From positions 1 through 42,173 of the forward strand of contig CAXHAT010000052.1 in the NCBI GenBank assembly GCA_964014485.1: a stretch of DNA of 42,173 nucleotides. The letters are read 5' to 3'. Both the position numbers and the translations under genes were made by a program. Below are positions 16,968 through 26,086 of the stretch, in pieces (the stretch's first letter is position 1; each line of letters starts with the position of its first letter). The notes below the pieces were generated by a model that saw nothing but the letters and a program-made list of their open reading frames with translations, was not told where the DNA came from and searched no databases. This stretch comes from an uncultured Deferribacteres bacterium (lineage in GTDB: Bacteria; Zhuqueibacterota; Zhuqueibacteria; Zhuqueibacterales; Geothermadaptataceae).

Positions 16968-18803
16968 ATGAACGACTTTACTCCCGCGCCTGTTTTCCAG
17001 AGGCTTTCATCAATCAAACTCATCTCGTCCGCGCTTCTTTTTTTCTTGACCTTCGCCCCGTTGCTTGGACAAGAAGATGTCGTCATCAAAAAAATCAATT
17101 TCCACGGCAACAAAAGCATCCCTGGTTGGATGTTGAAATCCAAAATGACGCTGAAGTCCAAAAGCGGCAATCGCAACAACATTTACAGCGAGGTTTTGTT
17201 GCGAAAGGATTTTGAGCGCTTGCGGGCGTTCTATATCACCGAAGGATTTCTTGCAGCCAAAGTCGACACTTTTGAAATCCAGTCAAAAGCCAACGGCAAC
17301 CGTATTACGCTCAATATTCATCTTTCGGAGGGTGATTCAGTCGTCGTCGCAAATTTGCGATATGCCGCGCGTGACAGCCTTACGAATGCTGTCATTGCGC
17401 GCACCAAACCCAATTTTTTGCTTAAAACCGGCAGGCGCTATCGCGATTTGGCGCTGCTCGCTGACCGCGAAACTTTGTTCCATGCGTTTGCCAACGCCGG
17501 TTTTCCCTACGTGAAGATCACGCCGCGCCCGGAGCTTGATGCGCAAAATTTCAAGCTCAATCTCGCCGTCGAAATCGATCCCGGCCCGCATTGCGCATTT
17601 GACAGCGTTGAAGTGATCGGCAATCAGCGCGTATCCGATCATTTGATTCAAAAGCAGCTCGCGTTTAAATCGGGCAAGTCTTTCTCGCAGAAAAAAATCA
17701 ATACTTCGCAGGCAAACTTGTACGCGCTCGGCTTGTTCGAATTTGTCACGATTCATCCCTTGTTGGAAAATCCGCCCGATTCGACATTGCCGGTGAGAAT
17801 CGAAGTGAAGGAAGCCCCGGATTTTGTTTCCAAACAAGGAATCGGCTGGGGGGCGGAAGATAAATTCCGCGTTTCGGTGGACGCAAAAATGCGCTGGCTG
17901 GGGGGCGGACGGCTGCTGAATATTGTCGCGAAACGTTCGGGCCTGGAGCCGATTAGCTTGGAGGCGGGCTTAACGCAGCCGTCATTTTTGGAAGACAAGA
18001 CAATTTTGAACGTCACGCCTTTTTATAAAACTCAGAAAAACGCGGCTTTTGAGGCGCGGCGATTGGGCGGCACGGTGTCGGCGCAAAGAAAAGTTGCGGC
18101 ATTTACCACTGGCTTTGTGAATTATTTATTCGAAGAAGTGGAAAGCCGCGGCGACGCTTCCGCAGCCGATTCTTTGGAAAAATTTTATAACAAATCCGCC
18201 GTCTCCGCCGGCTTCTGGCGTGACACGAGCGCTCCGCTTTTTTCACCGACGCGCGGCAGTTATGAAGCGGTGACGCTCACGTTTTCAGGGCTTGGGTTAA
18301 ACAGCGTGAAGTTCGCACGGGCTGTGGCGGAGTGGCGCTTTTTTCACAAGCTTCACCGCAGCGGCTTGACGGCGGCGATCAAAGTGAAAGCGGGATATTT
18401 GAAAACGTTTGACGATACGGAAGTGCTGCCTCGGGAAGAGCGTTTTTACGTTGGCGGCAGCAACTCGGTGCGCGGTTGGTCGCTATTTGATCTCGGGCCG
18501 CGAGAGGCTATTTTCGACACTGCGGGTGTTAGCTCGCTGCGCCCGGCGGGCGGTAAGATTCTCTCCGAAAATAGCCTGGAATTGCGTTTCCCAATCTTCG
18601 GCTATTTTTCCGGCGTGGCGTTTTTTGACTTTGGCAATGTTTGGGAAAGCAAAGTTTCAAAACTGCGCTATTCGCCGGGAATCGGTCTGCGTTTCAACAC
18701 GCCCATCGGCCCGCTCCGTTTTGACGCCAGCGAGCCGTTGCAAAAAGACGCGAGCGGGCTGGAAACGCGGCAATATCATTTGAGTATCGGGCACGCTTTT
18801 TAG
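16968..18803 (+). CDS. Omp85 (BamA/TamA-like) outer-membrane protein with about 3 POTRA domains
   Basis: POTRA-like repeats (INFHGNK, VIGNQR..LYALGLF), RFYVGGSNSVRGW, G.GLRFNTPIGPLRFD, C-terminal SIGHAF; start uncertain. Confidence 0.9.
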   Translation: MNDFTPAPVFQRLSSIKLISSALLFFLTFAPLLGQEDVVIKKINFHGNKSIPGWMLKSKMTLKSKSGNRNNIYSEVLLRKDFERLRAFYITEGFLAAKVDTFEIQSKANGNRITLNIHLSEGDSVVVANLRYAARDSLTNAVIARTKPNFLLKTGRRYRDLALLADRETLFHAFANAGFPYVKITPRPELDAQNFKLNLAVEIDPGPHCAFDSVEVIGNQRVSDHLIQKQLAFKSGKSFSQKKINTSQANLYALGLFEFVTIHPLLENPPDSTLPVRIEVKEAPDFVSKQGIGWGAEDKFRVSVDAKMRWLGGGRLLNIVAKRSGLEPISLEAGLTQPSFLEDKTILNVTPFYKTQKNAAFEARRLGGTVSAQRKVAAFTTGFVNYLFEEVESRGDASAADSLEKFYNKSAVSAGFWRDTSAPLFSPTRGSYEAVTLTFSGLGLNSVKFARAVAEWRFFHKLHRSGLTAAIKVKAGYLKTFDDTEVLPREERFYVGGSNSVRGWSLFDLGPREAIFDTAGVSSLRPAGGKILSENSLELRFPIFGYFSGVAFFDFGNVWESKVSKLRYSPGIGLRFNTPIGPLRFDASEPLQKDASGLETRQYHLSIGHAF

Positions 18804-19924
18804 CTGATGCGCTTTTGAAATTTTAGCGCACTCAGTCCAAGAATCACGACGCCAAATGCAGTCAGCGCCAGGATTTCGGTCAGGTAAAATTGCGGCGAGG
18901 TGCCTTTCAAGAATATTTCTCGCAAGATAATGATAAAGTAGCGCATAGGATCAAGATAGGTCGCTTTCTGGATCACTTCGGGCATGTTGGGAATCGGGAA
19001 CATGAACCCGGCCATGAAGATCAGAAAGATCAGGAAAAACCATGAGATAAACATGGCTTGCTGCTGTGTTTTCGCCAGCGTTGAAATAAAAATCCCCAAG
19101 CCCAGCGTCGTCAATAAGTAGAGCGCCGCCAGCAGGAAAAGCAAGACGATACTCCCCGCCGCTTTGAGCTGAAACACTACGAAAGCGACGAGCAGCATGA
19201 TGGCGAGCTCGGCAAAGCCCAAAATCAAAAAAGGCAAGACCTTCCCCAGAATCAATTGCCACTTTTTGATCGGCGTGACCATGAGCTGTTCAAGCGTGCC
19301 GATCTCGGATTCTCGCACCAATCCCATCGACGAAAGAAATGTGCTGACCACGGTCAAAAGCACGGCGATGAGGCCGGGAATCATGTAGTTTTTGCTTTCC
19401 AACTCAAGATTGTACCACATTCTCGTTTCCGGCTCCACAACTCTCGCCTGGGCGAATATCTTCGCGTAAGATTGATCCGCCGCTACGATTTCGGCGGCGA
19501 AGCCTCGCAGCAGTCCCTGCGCATAACCCAGCGCAATGCCGGCGGTGTTGCCGTCCAGGCCGTCGACGATGATTTGAATTTCCGGCTGTGATTTGCGCTC
19601 AAAATCACGAGCAAAGCCTTTTGGAATGATCACAGCCATTTGTGTTTGCCATTCGTCGATCCGGCGGCGAACTTCCGCGTGATCTTTGATGATTTCCTGC
19701 ACGGAAAAGTAAGGCGTGCTTTCAAATTTACGAATGATCTCACGGCTGACGGCGCTGTTGTCGTCGTCAACGATGACGGTTTTGACGTTCTTCACGTCCG
19801 TCGTAATGGCGAAGCCGAGCACGATCATCTGCACGATGGGCGCGAAAAAGATGATCGTCACCATGGCCTTGTCGCGGAAAATCTGGCGAAATTCTTTTTG
19901 TATTAAATACAGAATTTGCTGCAT
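18800..19924 (-). CDS. ABC-2 type transporter permease (YbhR-like)
   Basis: KEFRQIFRD, RESEIGTLEQLMVTP, P..NMP motifs; several TM helices. Confidence 0.92.
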   Translation of the reverse strand: MQQILYLIQKEFRQIFRDKAMVTIIFFAPIVQMIVLGFAITTDVKNVKTVIVDDDNSAVSREIIRKFESTPYFSVQEIIKDHAEVRRRIDEWQTQMAVIIPKGFARDFERKSQPEIQIIVDGLDGNTAGIALGYAQGLLRGFAAEIVAADQSYAKIFAQARVVEPETRMWYNLELESKNYMIPGLIAVLLTVVSTFLSSMGLVRESEIGTLEQLMVTPIKKWQLILGKVLPFLILGFAELAIMLLVAFVVFQLKAAGSIVLLFLLAALYLLTTLGLGIFISTLAKTQQQAMFISWFFLIFLIFMAGFMFPIPNMPEVIQKATYLDPMRYFIIILREIFLKGTSPQFYLTEILALTAFGVVILGLSALKFQKRIS

Positions 19925-19926
19925 GG

Positions 19927-21027
19927 TCAGGCCTCGAGCGTTGTTTTGAATTTCTTGGCGCTGACAACGATGAGAAAAAGGCCGATGGCGGCGAGCACCG
20001 CGAATTGGGGCAGCAATTGCACAAGCGTGTTGCCTTTTAGCATGATCCCACGGATTAAAATCAGAAAGTATTTTGCGGGAACGATGTAGGAAATGCCTTG
20101 CAAAACCGGGGGCAGACTTGAAATCGGAAACATGAAGCCGGAAAGCATCACGCTCGGCAGCAGCGTCATAATTAAAGCGAGCAACATGGCGACTTGCTGC
20201 GTTTGCACGCGGGTTGAAATGAGCAAGCCCATATTCAGCGCAACGAAAATGTAAACAAATGAAGCGATCAGCAACACGCCAAAGCGGCCAACAAAGGGCA
20301 CGTCAAAAACAAATCGCGCGATGCCCAAAATGATGAGCAAATCCACAAAAGCCAAAAAAATGTACGGCACCACTTTTCCAACGATAATCTCGCCCGGGCG
20401 GATTGGGGAGACCAGGATTTGTTCCATCGTTCCGGTTTCTTTTTCCCTGACGATGGCGATGCTTGTGAGCAGCGCCGAAATCATGATCAAAATCAGCGCC
20501 GCCAGACCTGGCACGAAAAAATGGGCGCTTTTCAGAGCCGGGTTGTACCAGATGGCGGTTTCAACGTTGAAAATCGGCTCGGCCGTATATTCGGCGCTGA
20601 AGGATTGCAAAACGCCGGAGGTATAATTGCGGATCAATTGCGCGGCGTTGGGGTCGCTGGCGTCAATGAGAACCTGAACTTTCGTGATCGGCTGCGAAAG
20701 CAGTTTTTTTGAAAAATCCGATGGAATGGTCAAAATAAGCCGGGCTTCGCGATGGGCGAAAAAATTCTCCAGTTGCGATTCCGGCCCGGAAAAACGCTTG
20801 ACCGTGAAAAACTTGCTGCCTTCAAATTTCCGAATCAAAGCATCGCTCTCAACGCTTCGATCATGATCTAGCACCACCGTTTCGATGTTTTGAATTTCCA
20901 GATTGATCGCATAGCCGTACAAAAAAAGCATCGTGACGGGCATGAGAATGACGATCACGAGCGTTCGAAAATCCCGCGAAATGTGGATGAATTCCTTACG
21001 AATAATGGGCCAGATTCTGGTTTTCAT
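19927..21027 (-). CDS. ABC-2 type transporter permease (YbhS-like)
   Basis: KEFIHISRD, REKETGTMEQILVSP; ATG 21027 overlaps the upstream stop (ATGA). Confidence 0.92.
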   Translation of the reverse strand: MKTRIWPIIRKEFIHISRDFRTLVIVILMPVTMLFLYGYAINLEIQNIETVVLDHDRSVESDALIRKFEGSKFFTVKRFSGPESQLENFFAHREARLILTIPSDFSKKLLSQPITKVQVLIDASDPNAAQLIRNYTSGVLQSFSAEYTAEPIFNVETAIWYNPALKSAHFFVPGLAALILIMISALLTSIAIVREKETGTMEQILVSPIRPGEIIVGKVVPYIFLAFVDLLIILGIARFVFDVPFVGRFGVLLIASFVYIFVALNMGLLISTRVQTQQVAMLLALIMTLLPSVMLSGFMFPISSLPPVLQGISYIVPAKYFLILIRGIMLKGNTLVQLLPQFAVLAAIGLFLIVVSAKKFKTTLEA

Positions 21028-21749
21028 TTGTCCACCAAATGAATAAACGTTTCCTGCATCGACGGCTTGCCGTACTGGCGCTTCAAGGCTTCGGGCTTGT
21101 CTAAAGCGATGATTTCTCCGTTGTACATGATCGAAACGCGGTGACAATATTCGGCTTCGTCCATGTAATGCGTGGTGACGAAAACCGTTTTGCCGCGCTC
21201 AGCCAGCCGATAAATCAAATCCCAGAAATTCCGTCGCGCTTCGGGATCGACGCCGCTGGTCGGCTCGTCGAGAAAGATGATTTTTGGGTCGTGCAGCAGC
21301 GCGCAGCCCAAAGCGAGGCGCTGCTTAAAGCCCAGCGGCATATCGGCGGTCATTCGGTCGGCTTCTTGCGTCAAGCCGAGTTCCGAGAGCAATTGCTCGC
21401 GCTTTTCCTTTAGATTTTTCCGGTTCAGGCCGTAAACCCCGCCGTAAAATTCAATATTTTCCGCCAGCGTCAAATCATTGTACAAAGAGAATTTCTGGCT
21501 CATATAGCCGATGCTTTGCTTGATTTTTTCGTTCTCCTTCCAAATATCAAAACCGGCCACCTGGCCGCCGCCGCCCGACGGCAAAAGCAGCCCGCAAAGC
21601 ATACGAATGGCGGTGGTTTTCCCTGCACCGTTGGCTCCTAAAAAACCGAATATCTCACCATAGTCAACGGCAAGATTCAAATTCTTGACAGCCTGAAATT
21701 TACCGAAGCGCTTGCCCAGGCCCTCGGTGGAAACAGCGTAGGAATTCAA
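21024..21749 (-). CDS. ABC transporter ATP-binding protein
   Basis: Walker A GANGAGKT, degenerate signature MPLG, FLDEPTSG, H-loop TTHYMDEAE. Confidence 0.93.
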   Translation of the reverse strand: MNSYAVSTEGLGKRFGKFQAVKNLNLAVDYGEIFGFLGANGAGKTTAIRMLCGLLLPSGGGGQVAGFDIWKENEKIKQSIGYMSQKFSLYNDLTLAENIEFYGGVYGLNRKNLKEKREQLLSELGLTQEADRMTADMPLGFKQRLALGCALLHDPKIIFLDEPTSGVDPEARRNFWDLIYRLAERGKTVFVTTHYMDEAEYCHRVSIMYNGEIIALDKPEALKRQYGKPSMQETFIHLVDK

Positions 21750-22675
21750 ACCGCCCTCTCTTGTTTTTTCATCAACGCCAAAAACGTGTCTTCGATGCTT
21801 GGTTGAATTCTGTGGAAATCTTCAATTTGAACCGGCGCGTTTTGCACGATTTCGTCGATTTGCGCCCGGAGCAGTTCATTCTCAAAGCTCGCGTGCAAGC
21901 GTTCTCCGAAAATCTGCTGTGATCGTGCATCCGTTTCCCGACGGAAAAACGATTCCAGCGCGCGATTGTCGCTGGAGGTCATGTCGTACAAATGATCAGG
22001 GAAAAGCTCGTGCAGGTTTTCCGGCTTATCCATCGCCAGGATTCGGCCCTGGTGCATGAACGCGACGCGCGCGCACAATCCCGCTTCGTCCATGTAAGGC
22101 GTTGAAACCAAAATGGTCACGCCTTCTCCCTGAAGCCGCCGCAGTATTTCCCAAAATTCTCGCCGTGAGACCGGATCGACCCCGGTCGTCGGTTCGTCGA
22201 GAATCAGGATTTTCGGCGTGTGGATGAGCGTGCAAGACAGCGCCAGCTTTTGTTTCATGCCGCCGGAGAGATCACCCGCCAGCCGCTTTTTGAACGGCTC
22301 GAGTTTGCTGAATTGGTACAGTTCCGCCATGCGTTCCGCTTTTTCAAGTTTGGAAACGCCGAATAACTCCGCGAAAAAATTCAGGTTTTGCTCAACGGTC
22401 AAATCGGGGTAGAGCGAAAAACGCTGCGGCATGTAACCAAGAATCGAGCGGATCGCCGCAATGTCTTTTCGAACGTCCTTGCCGTCCACTTGCATTTCTC
22501 CCTGCTCGCAAGTAAGCAGCGTGCAGAGCGTTCGCATCATTGTGGTTTTGCCCGCGCCGTCCGGCCCGATCAAGCCGAACAACTCGCCTTCGCGAACGGT
22601 CATCGTCAAATCCGTGACCGCATTTGTGCCGTTATAGGCTTTGCTAAAATTTTTGATTTCGATTGCGTTTGTCAT
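21746..22675 (-). CDS. ABC transporter ATP-binding protein
   Basis: GPDGAGKT, LSGGM, ILDEPTTG, STPYMDEA (Pro in place of the switch His, as in YbhF-type first domains). Confidence 0.93.
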   Translation of the reverse strand: MTNAIEIKNFSKAYNGTNAVTDLTMTVREGELFGLIGPDGAGKTTMMRTLCTLLTCEQGEMQVDGKDVRKDIAAIRSILGYMPQRFSLYPDLTVEQNLNFFAELFGVSKLEKAERMAELYQFSKLEPFKKRLAGDLSGGMKQKLALSCTLIHTPKILILDEPTTGVDPVSRREFWEILRRLQGEGVTILVSTPYMDEAGLCARVAFMHQGRILAMDKPENLHELFPDHLYDMTSSDNRALESFFRRETDARSQQIFGERLHASFENELLRAQIDEIVQNAPVQIEDFHRIQPSIEDTFLALMKKQERAV

Positions 22676-22692
22676 TCTGCGCGAGCTCAAGA

Positions 22693-23937
22693 TTAAAGCT
22701 TGGTCAGCGCCGCGGGCCTGTCGTACCGCACCGCGATTTCGACGGGCATGCCGTGCTTGAGTATTTTGTCGGGATTATCCACGATGACTTTTACGGCGTA
22801 AACGAGCGACGTCCGGCTTTCTTCCGTTAAAATGCTTTTCGGTGTAAATTCCGCTCGCGGGCTGATCCAGGCGACCTGTCCGATGAGCGTTTTGTCGGTA
22901 CCGTCGATGCGAATTTCAGCGTCTTGGCCGACTTCGATGCGCGCCAGCATTTTTTCGGAAATGTAGACTTTTGTCCACATTCTGCTCAGGTCGATTATTT
23001 CCACAATCGGAGCGCCCGTGGGAATCATTTCGCCGGGTTCGAAATATTTCGTCGTGATCGTGCCGGAAAGCGGCGCGACAATCGTGGCGTCGTTGATTTG
23101 CCGCTGGAGCAACTTTTCCTGCGCCGCCAAGCCTTTTTGCTTGCTTCCGACCACGGCGATGCTTTGCCGGGCGTTTTGCAGCGCGGTTTTTCGCGTGTCA
23201 TACGCCGCTTTCAAATCATCCAGAACTTGCCGGGACGCGGAGTTTTTTTCGTAAAGATCAAGATAACGGCGATATTTTTTTTCAATGTGATCGTGCTCGG
23301 TTTTCGCCATGCTCAACGCATTGAGATTGATTTGGCGCTGCACGCCCAACTCTTCAATCGCAGCCTGCGTTTGCTCCAATTGATAGGCCAATTTTTCCGT
23401 ATCCACCGCCGCGATGGCCAAGCCTTTTTGAACGTCTTCGCCCTCTTCAAAATAAATGTTCTGAATGCAGCCGCCCGTCTGCGCGCCGACTTTCACGCTC
23501 GTGCCTTCGACAATGCCGCTGGCCGTGAATTCCTTCTTGTCGTCATTGCCGCAGCCTGCCAAAATCCCGGCGGCGATAAAAACTAAATAACAGAAATTAC
23601 GCACTGGCTTTAGAATGCCAAAACTTCCATTTTGGTCATTTCCGCGGAGCAGGCTGTTGCAGAATAGCAAAAAAGTGGGCGCAAAGCGCCGAACCTGCAT
23701 TCCAACGCGAAGCATTGGAACGAGACGTAGTGTTTTGAGAAATAAAGAGTTGCTTCCCGTTCCCATGCTTTGCGTGGGAATGCAGCAAGGGCGCTTTGCG
23801 CCCATTCTGCAACAGCCTGGAAGGCGGGAATCCAGATATTGGTGCGATTTCCTGGATTCCCGCCTCCGCGGGAATGACATGGAAGGAGTTTTTCGAGATA
23901 AATCACGTAACGCCAACAAATAATAATTGAATCGCAT
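22693..23937 (-). CDS. HlyD/efflux periplasmic adaptor lipoprotein (YbhG-like) with an in-frame 111-codon MITE insertion in its signal peptide
   Basis: GGAGG RBS before ATG 23937; lipobox LAGC; SGIVEG, APLSG, AEFTPK, LKHGMP motifs; removing the insertion gives MRFNYYLVFIAAGILAGC. Confidence 0.88.
   Translation of the reverse strand: MRFNYYLLALRDLSRKTPSMSFPRRRESRKSHQYLDSRLPGCCRMGAKRPCCIPTQSMGTGSNSLFLKTLRLVPMLRVGMQVRRFAPTFLLFCNSLLRGNDQNGSFGILKPVRNFCYLVFIAAGILAGCGNDDKKEFTASGIVEGTSVKVGAQTGGCIQNIYFEEGEDVQKGLAIAAVDTEKLAYQLEQTQAAIEELGVQRQINLNALSMAKTEHDHIEKKYRRYLDLYEKNSASRQVLDDLKAAYDTRKTALQNARQSIAVVGSKQKGLAAQEKLLQRQINDATIVAPLSGTITTKYFEPGEMIPTGAPIVEIIDLSRMWTKVYISEKMLARIEVGQDAEIRIDGTDKTLIGQVAWISPRAEFTPKSILTEESRTSLVYAVKVIVDNPDKILKHGMPVEIAVRYDRPAALTKL
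23591..23916. mobile_element. Diverged MITE family A copy 3 inside the HlyD coding sequence
   Basis: Degenerate ends CAGAAATTACGCA ... CACGTAACGCCAA; flanks TAAATAA (23584-23590) / CAAATAA (23917-23923); REP doublet ending CTGGATTCCCGCCTCCGCGGGAATGAC. Confidence 0.75.
23650..23819. mobile_element. MITE family B copy 2 carrying a third REP family
   Basis: TIR CAGGCTGTTGCAGAAT / ATTCTGCAACAGCCTG; flanks GGAG / GAAG; internal CTGCATTCCAACGCGAAGCATTGGAACGAG and CCCGTTCCCATGCTTTGCGTGGGAATGCAG inverted pair. Confidence 0.82.
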
Positions 23938-23951
23938 TCTCGCCTCCTGAT

Positions 23952-25271
23952 CTAAATTTCTTCGTGAATGGTTCCCGCCGCCTTGCGCAGATCGGCAAGA
24001 AAAACATAGTACTGAATCAGCGCCTGCCTGGTTTTTAGCGCCGCGCTGGTCAAGTCGGCCTCCGCTTTAATCAAATCATTCGTCGGCGCAACCCCCGCTT
24101 GATGCTGGACAACCAGAATGCGGTAGCGCTCATTTTCCTGCGACTCCAACTGTTCGGCGAGCGTGACTTGCTGCAAGCTGAACTGCAATTTTTCGAACCC
24201 TTCTTCAATTTCGTACTCAATCGCGCGCAACACTTCTTTTTCTCGCAGCGTCAGGCGGTCAAATTCGATAGCCTGCGCCTCGATTCTGCGGCGATCCGCC
24301 TGCCAGCGCCACAAATTCCATTGCAGGTTTACGCCCACGGAAAAATAGCCCATCCAGGCATTGGCGACCGGATCCAGACCCGGCTTGGAATACTGGTAAT
24401 TCGCGTGCAAAAAAGCAGACGGGTAGTAATTTGATCTGGCCAGCTTTTGACGCAGCGCCGCGCTTTTTTGCGCGAAACGAACCGAACTGAGCTCGGGGCG
24501 ATTCAAGTAAGCGTCGGCTTTCAAATGAGCAATATCCGGCGGATTTTCTTCGGGGCGCGCCAGATCAATTTCCGCGAGAGGGCGCGCCTGCCGCAAGTTT
24601 AGCAAGTGCGCCATTTGCAGCCTCGCGAGACGTGTCGCGAGTTGTGCGTCTTGCAATTCGATCTCGACAGCCAGAATTTGGTTATAAACCTGGAGCGTAT
24701 CAAAAGCCATTGCCTGCGCGGCCTCGAACAAATTTCTGGCATTGGTCAATTGCAGCCGCAAGCGACCCAGGCTTGCGTTGAGAATGTTTGTTTGATTGGC
24801 GAGGCTTTGGAAACGGTAGAAAATCAAATGGACGTGGTGGTAGATTTCGTTTTCCAACAAGGCGAGTTTTTCAGCCTCGTTGAGTCTGGCGGTGCGCGCC
24901 AAATCCGCTATTGAGCGCAAACGAAATCCGGTAAAAAGCGGCTGTTGCACGCGCAATCTCAACTCCGCGCGTTCGTGTCCTCCCAATTGAATGCGCCGCC
25001 CCGCAACGCCGATGGTTTCGCTCAAGTCGATCTCGTTGACTTTGGAGAGATACTCTGACGCCGCGACGAAATCAAGCGTTGGACGCAGTCCCGCCTTTGC
25101 CGCCAGCTCTTCCATGCGGGCGATTTTCTGACTTTCCTGCTGCTGTTGTATTCGTAAATTATTCGCCTTCGCCAAGCGCAAGGCTTCGGGCAAATCGAGC
25201 GGCGTTTGTGCGAGACTGGTGTGAACGAAAAAAATAAAAGGGAGAGCGAAAACGATTCTGAAGCTTCTCAT
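23952..25271 (-). CDS. TolC family outer-membrane efflux protein
   Basis: Signal peptide; LDLPEALRLAKANN, QPLFTG, NRPEL, ARSNYYP motifs; first gene of the efflux operon. Confidence 0.9.
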   Translation of the reverse strand: MRSFRIVFALPFIFFVHTSLAQTPLDLPEALRLAKANNLRIQQQQESQKIARMEELAAKAGLRPTLDFVAASEYLSKVNEIDLSETIGVAGRRIQLGGHERAELRLRVQQPLFTGFRLRSIADLARTARLNEAEKLALLENEIYHHVHLIFYRFQSLANQTNILNASLGRLRLQLTNARNLFEAAQAMAFDTLQVYNQILAVEIELQDAQLATRLARLQMAHLLNLRQARPLAEIDLARPEENPPDIAHLKADAYLNRPELSSVRFAQKSAALRQKLARSNYYPSAFLHANYQYSKPGLDPVANAWMGYFSVGVNLQWNLWRWQADRRRIEAQAIEFDRLTLREKEVLRAIEYEIEEGFEKLQFSLQQVTLAEQLESQENERYRILVVQHQAGVAPTNDLIKAEADLTSAALKTRQALIQYYVFLADLRKAAGTIHEEI

Positions 25272-25307
25272 TTTTCTCTCTCAACTTGATGACGGTTTTA
25301 TTACAAC

Positions 25308-25481
25308 GTGATGTTACGCACTCTTGGAAATTTCCCAAATAGCACCTGAAAAAAGTTACTTTTACTTCATTCCCTCGCGGACGGGAATCCAGGGGCTGTG
25401 CGCGATTGACTGGATTCCCGCCTGCGCGGGAATGACTTTAACGAGAGTTTCTAGGGCGTCACGGCTGACGCGTAACATCAG
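25308..25481. mobile_element. MITE family A copy 4 (no nested insertion; basic form)
   Basis: GTGATGTTACGCA ... CGCGTAACATCAG; perfect 7-bp duplication TTACAAC (25301-25307, 25482-25488); REP doublet inside. Confidence 0.88.
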
Positions 25482-25826
25482 TTACAACTACCGTTAAGGC
25501 AAGGATGAGACCAAAAGAGAAGAAGAGTCATTAAGCTCTGTTTTTCATGATTTTAAGAGAGATTTTGGTCGTGGGGAATTGCAGACGATCTTTGCTCTGC
25601 CGCGAAACCGGAAGACCGAATTCTTATTTTCGAGAAAGCAAAGAATTGCAAAATAAACTCGCGGCGATTTGAAGAGAGCGTCACCGTCAAGGCGAGTATT
25701 TTGAAGGTCGGACAAATTTTGTGTCAAAATTTTTTCGGTCAAAAAATGGACTTTTTCAAATTTCAAAACAGCTTCGGAATTATTTGTTGAATTTGACGTT
25801 GAAATGCGATTTTTCGTTGTCGCCCC

Positions 25827-26029
25827 TCTCTACCTGACACTTTTTTTAAAACTGCATTTTCGAGCCGCCGAAGGGCCCCGTCTTGTCATTCTGCAGGAAT
25901 CTTTGTTATCGTCCAGTGCAGATCATGCTCAAAAGTTCAAGGGTTGGATCAAAAAAGATGCTTCCAGCATGACAATTCCGGCCTCTTTCGCCAGCTTTAG
26001 AAGCATAGACAAAAAGTGTAAGGTAGTGT
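25827..26029. mobile_element. MITE family D copy 1
   Basis: TIR TCTCTACCTGACACTTTTT / AAAAAGTGTAAGGTAGTG; close reverse-complement copy of 35088-35289; internal GTCATTCTGCAGGAATCT..AGATGCTTCCAGCATGAC palindrome pair. Confidence 0.8.
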
Positions 26030-26086
26030 ATTCTTCACCTCAAAGCCGCCGGTCGTCAAGCAAAAGTATAGCTTGGCAAACCACAA

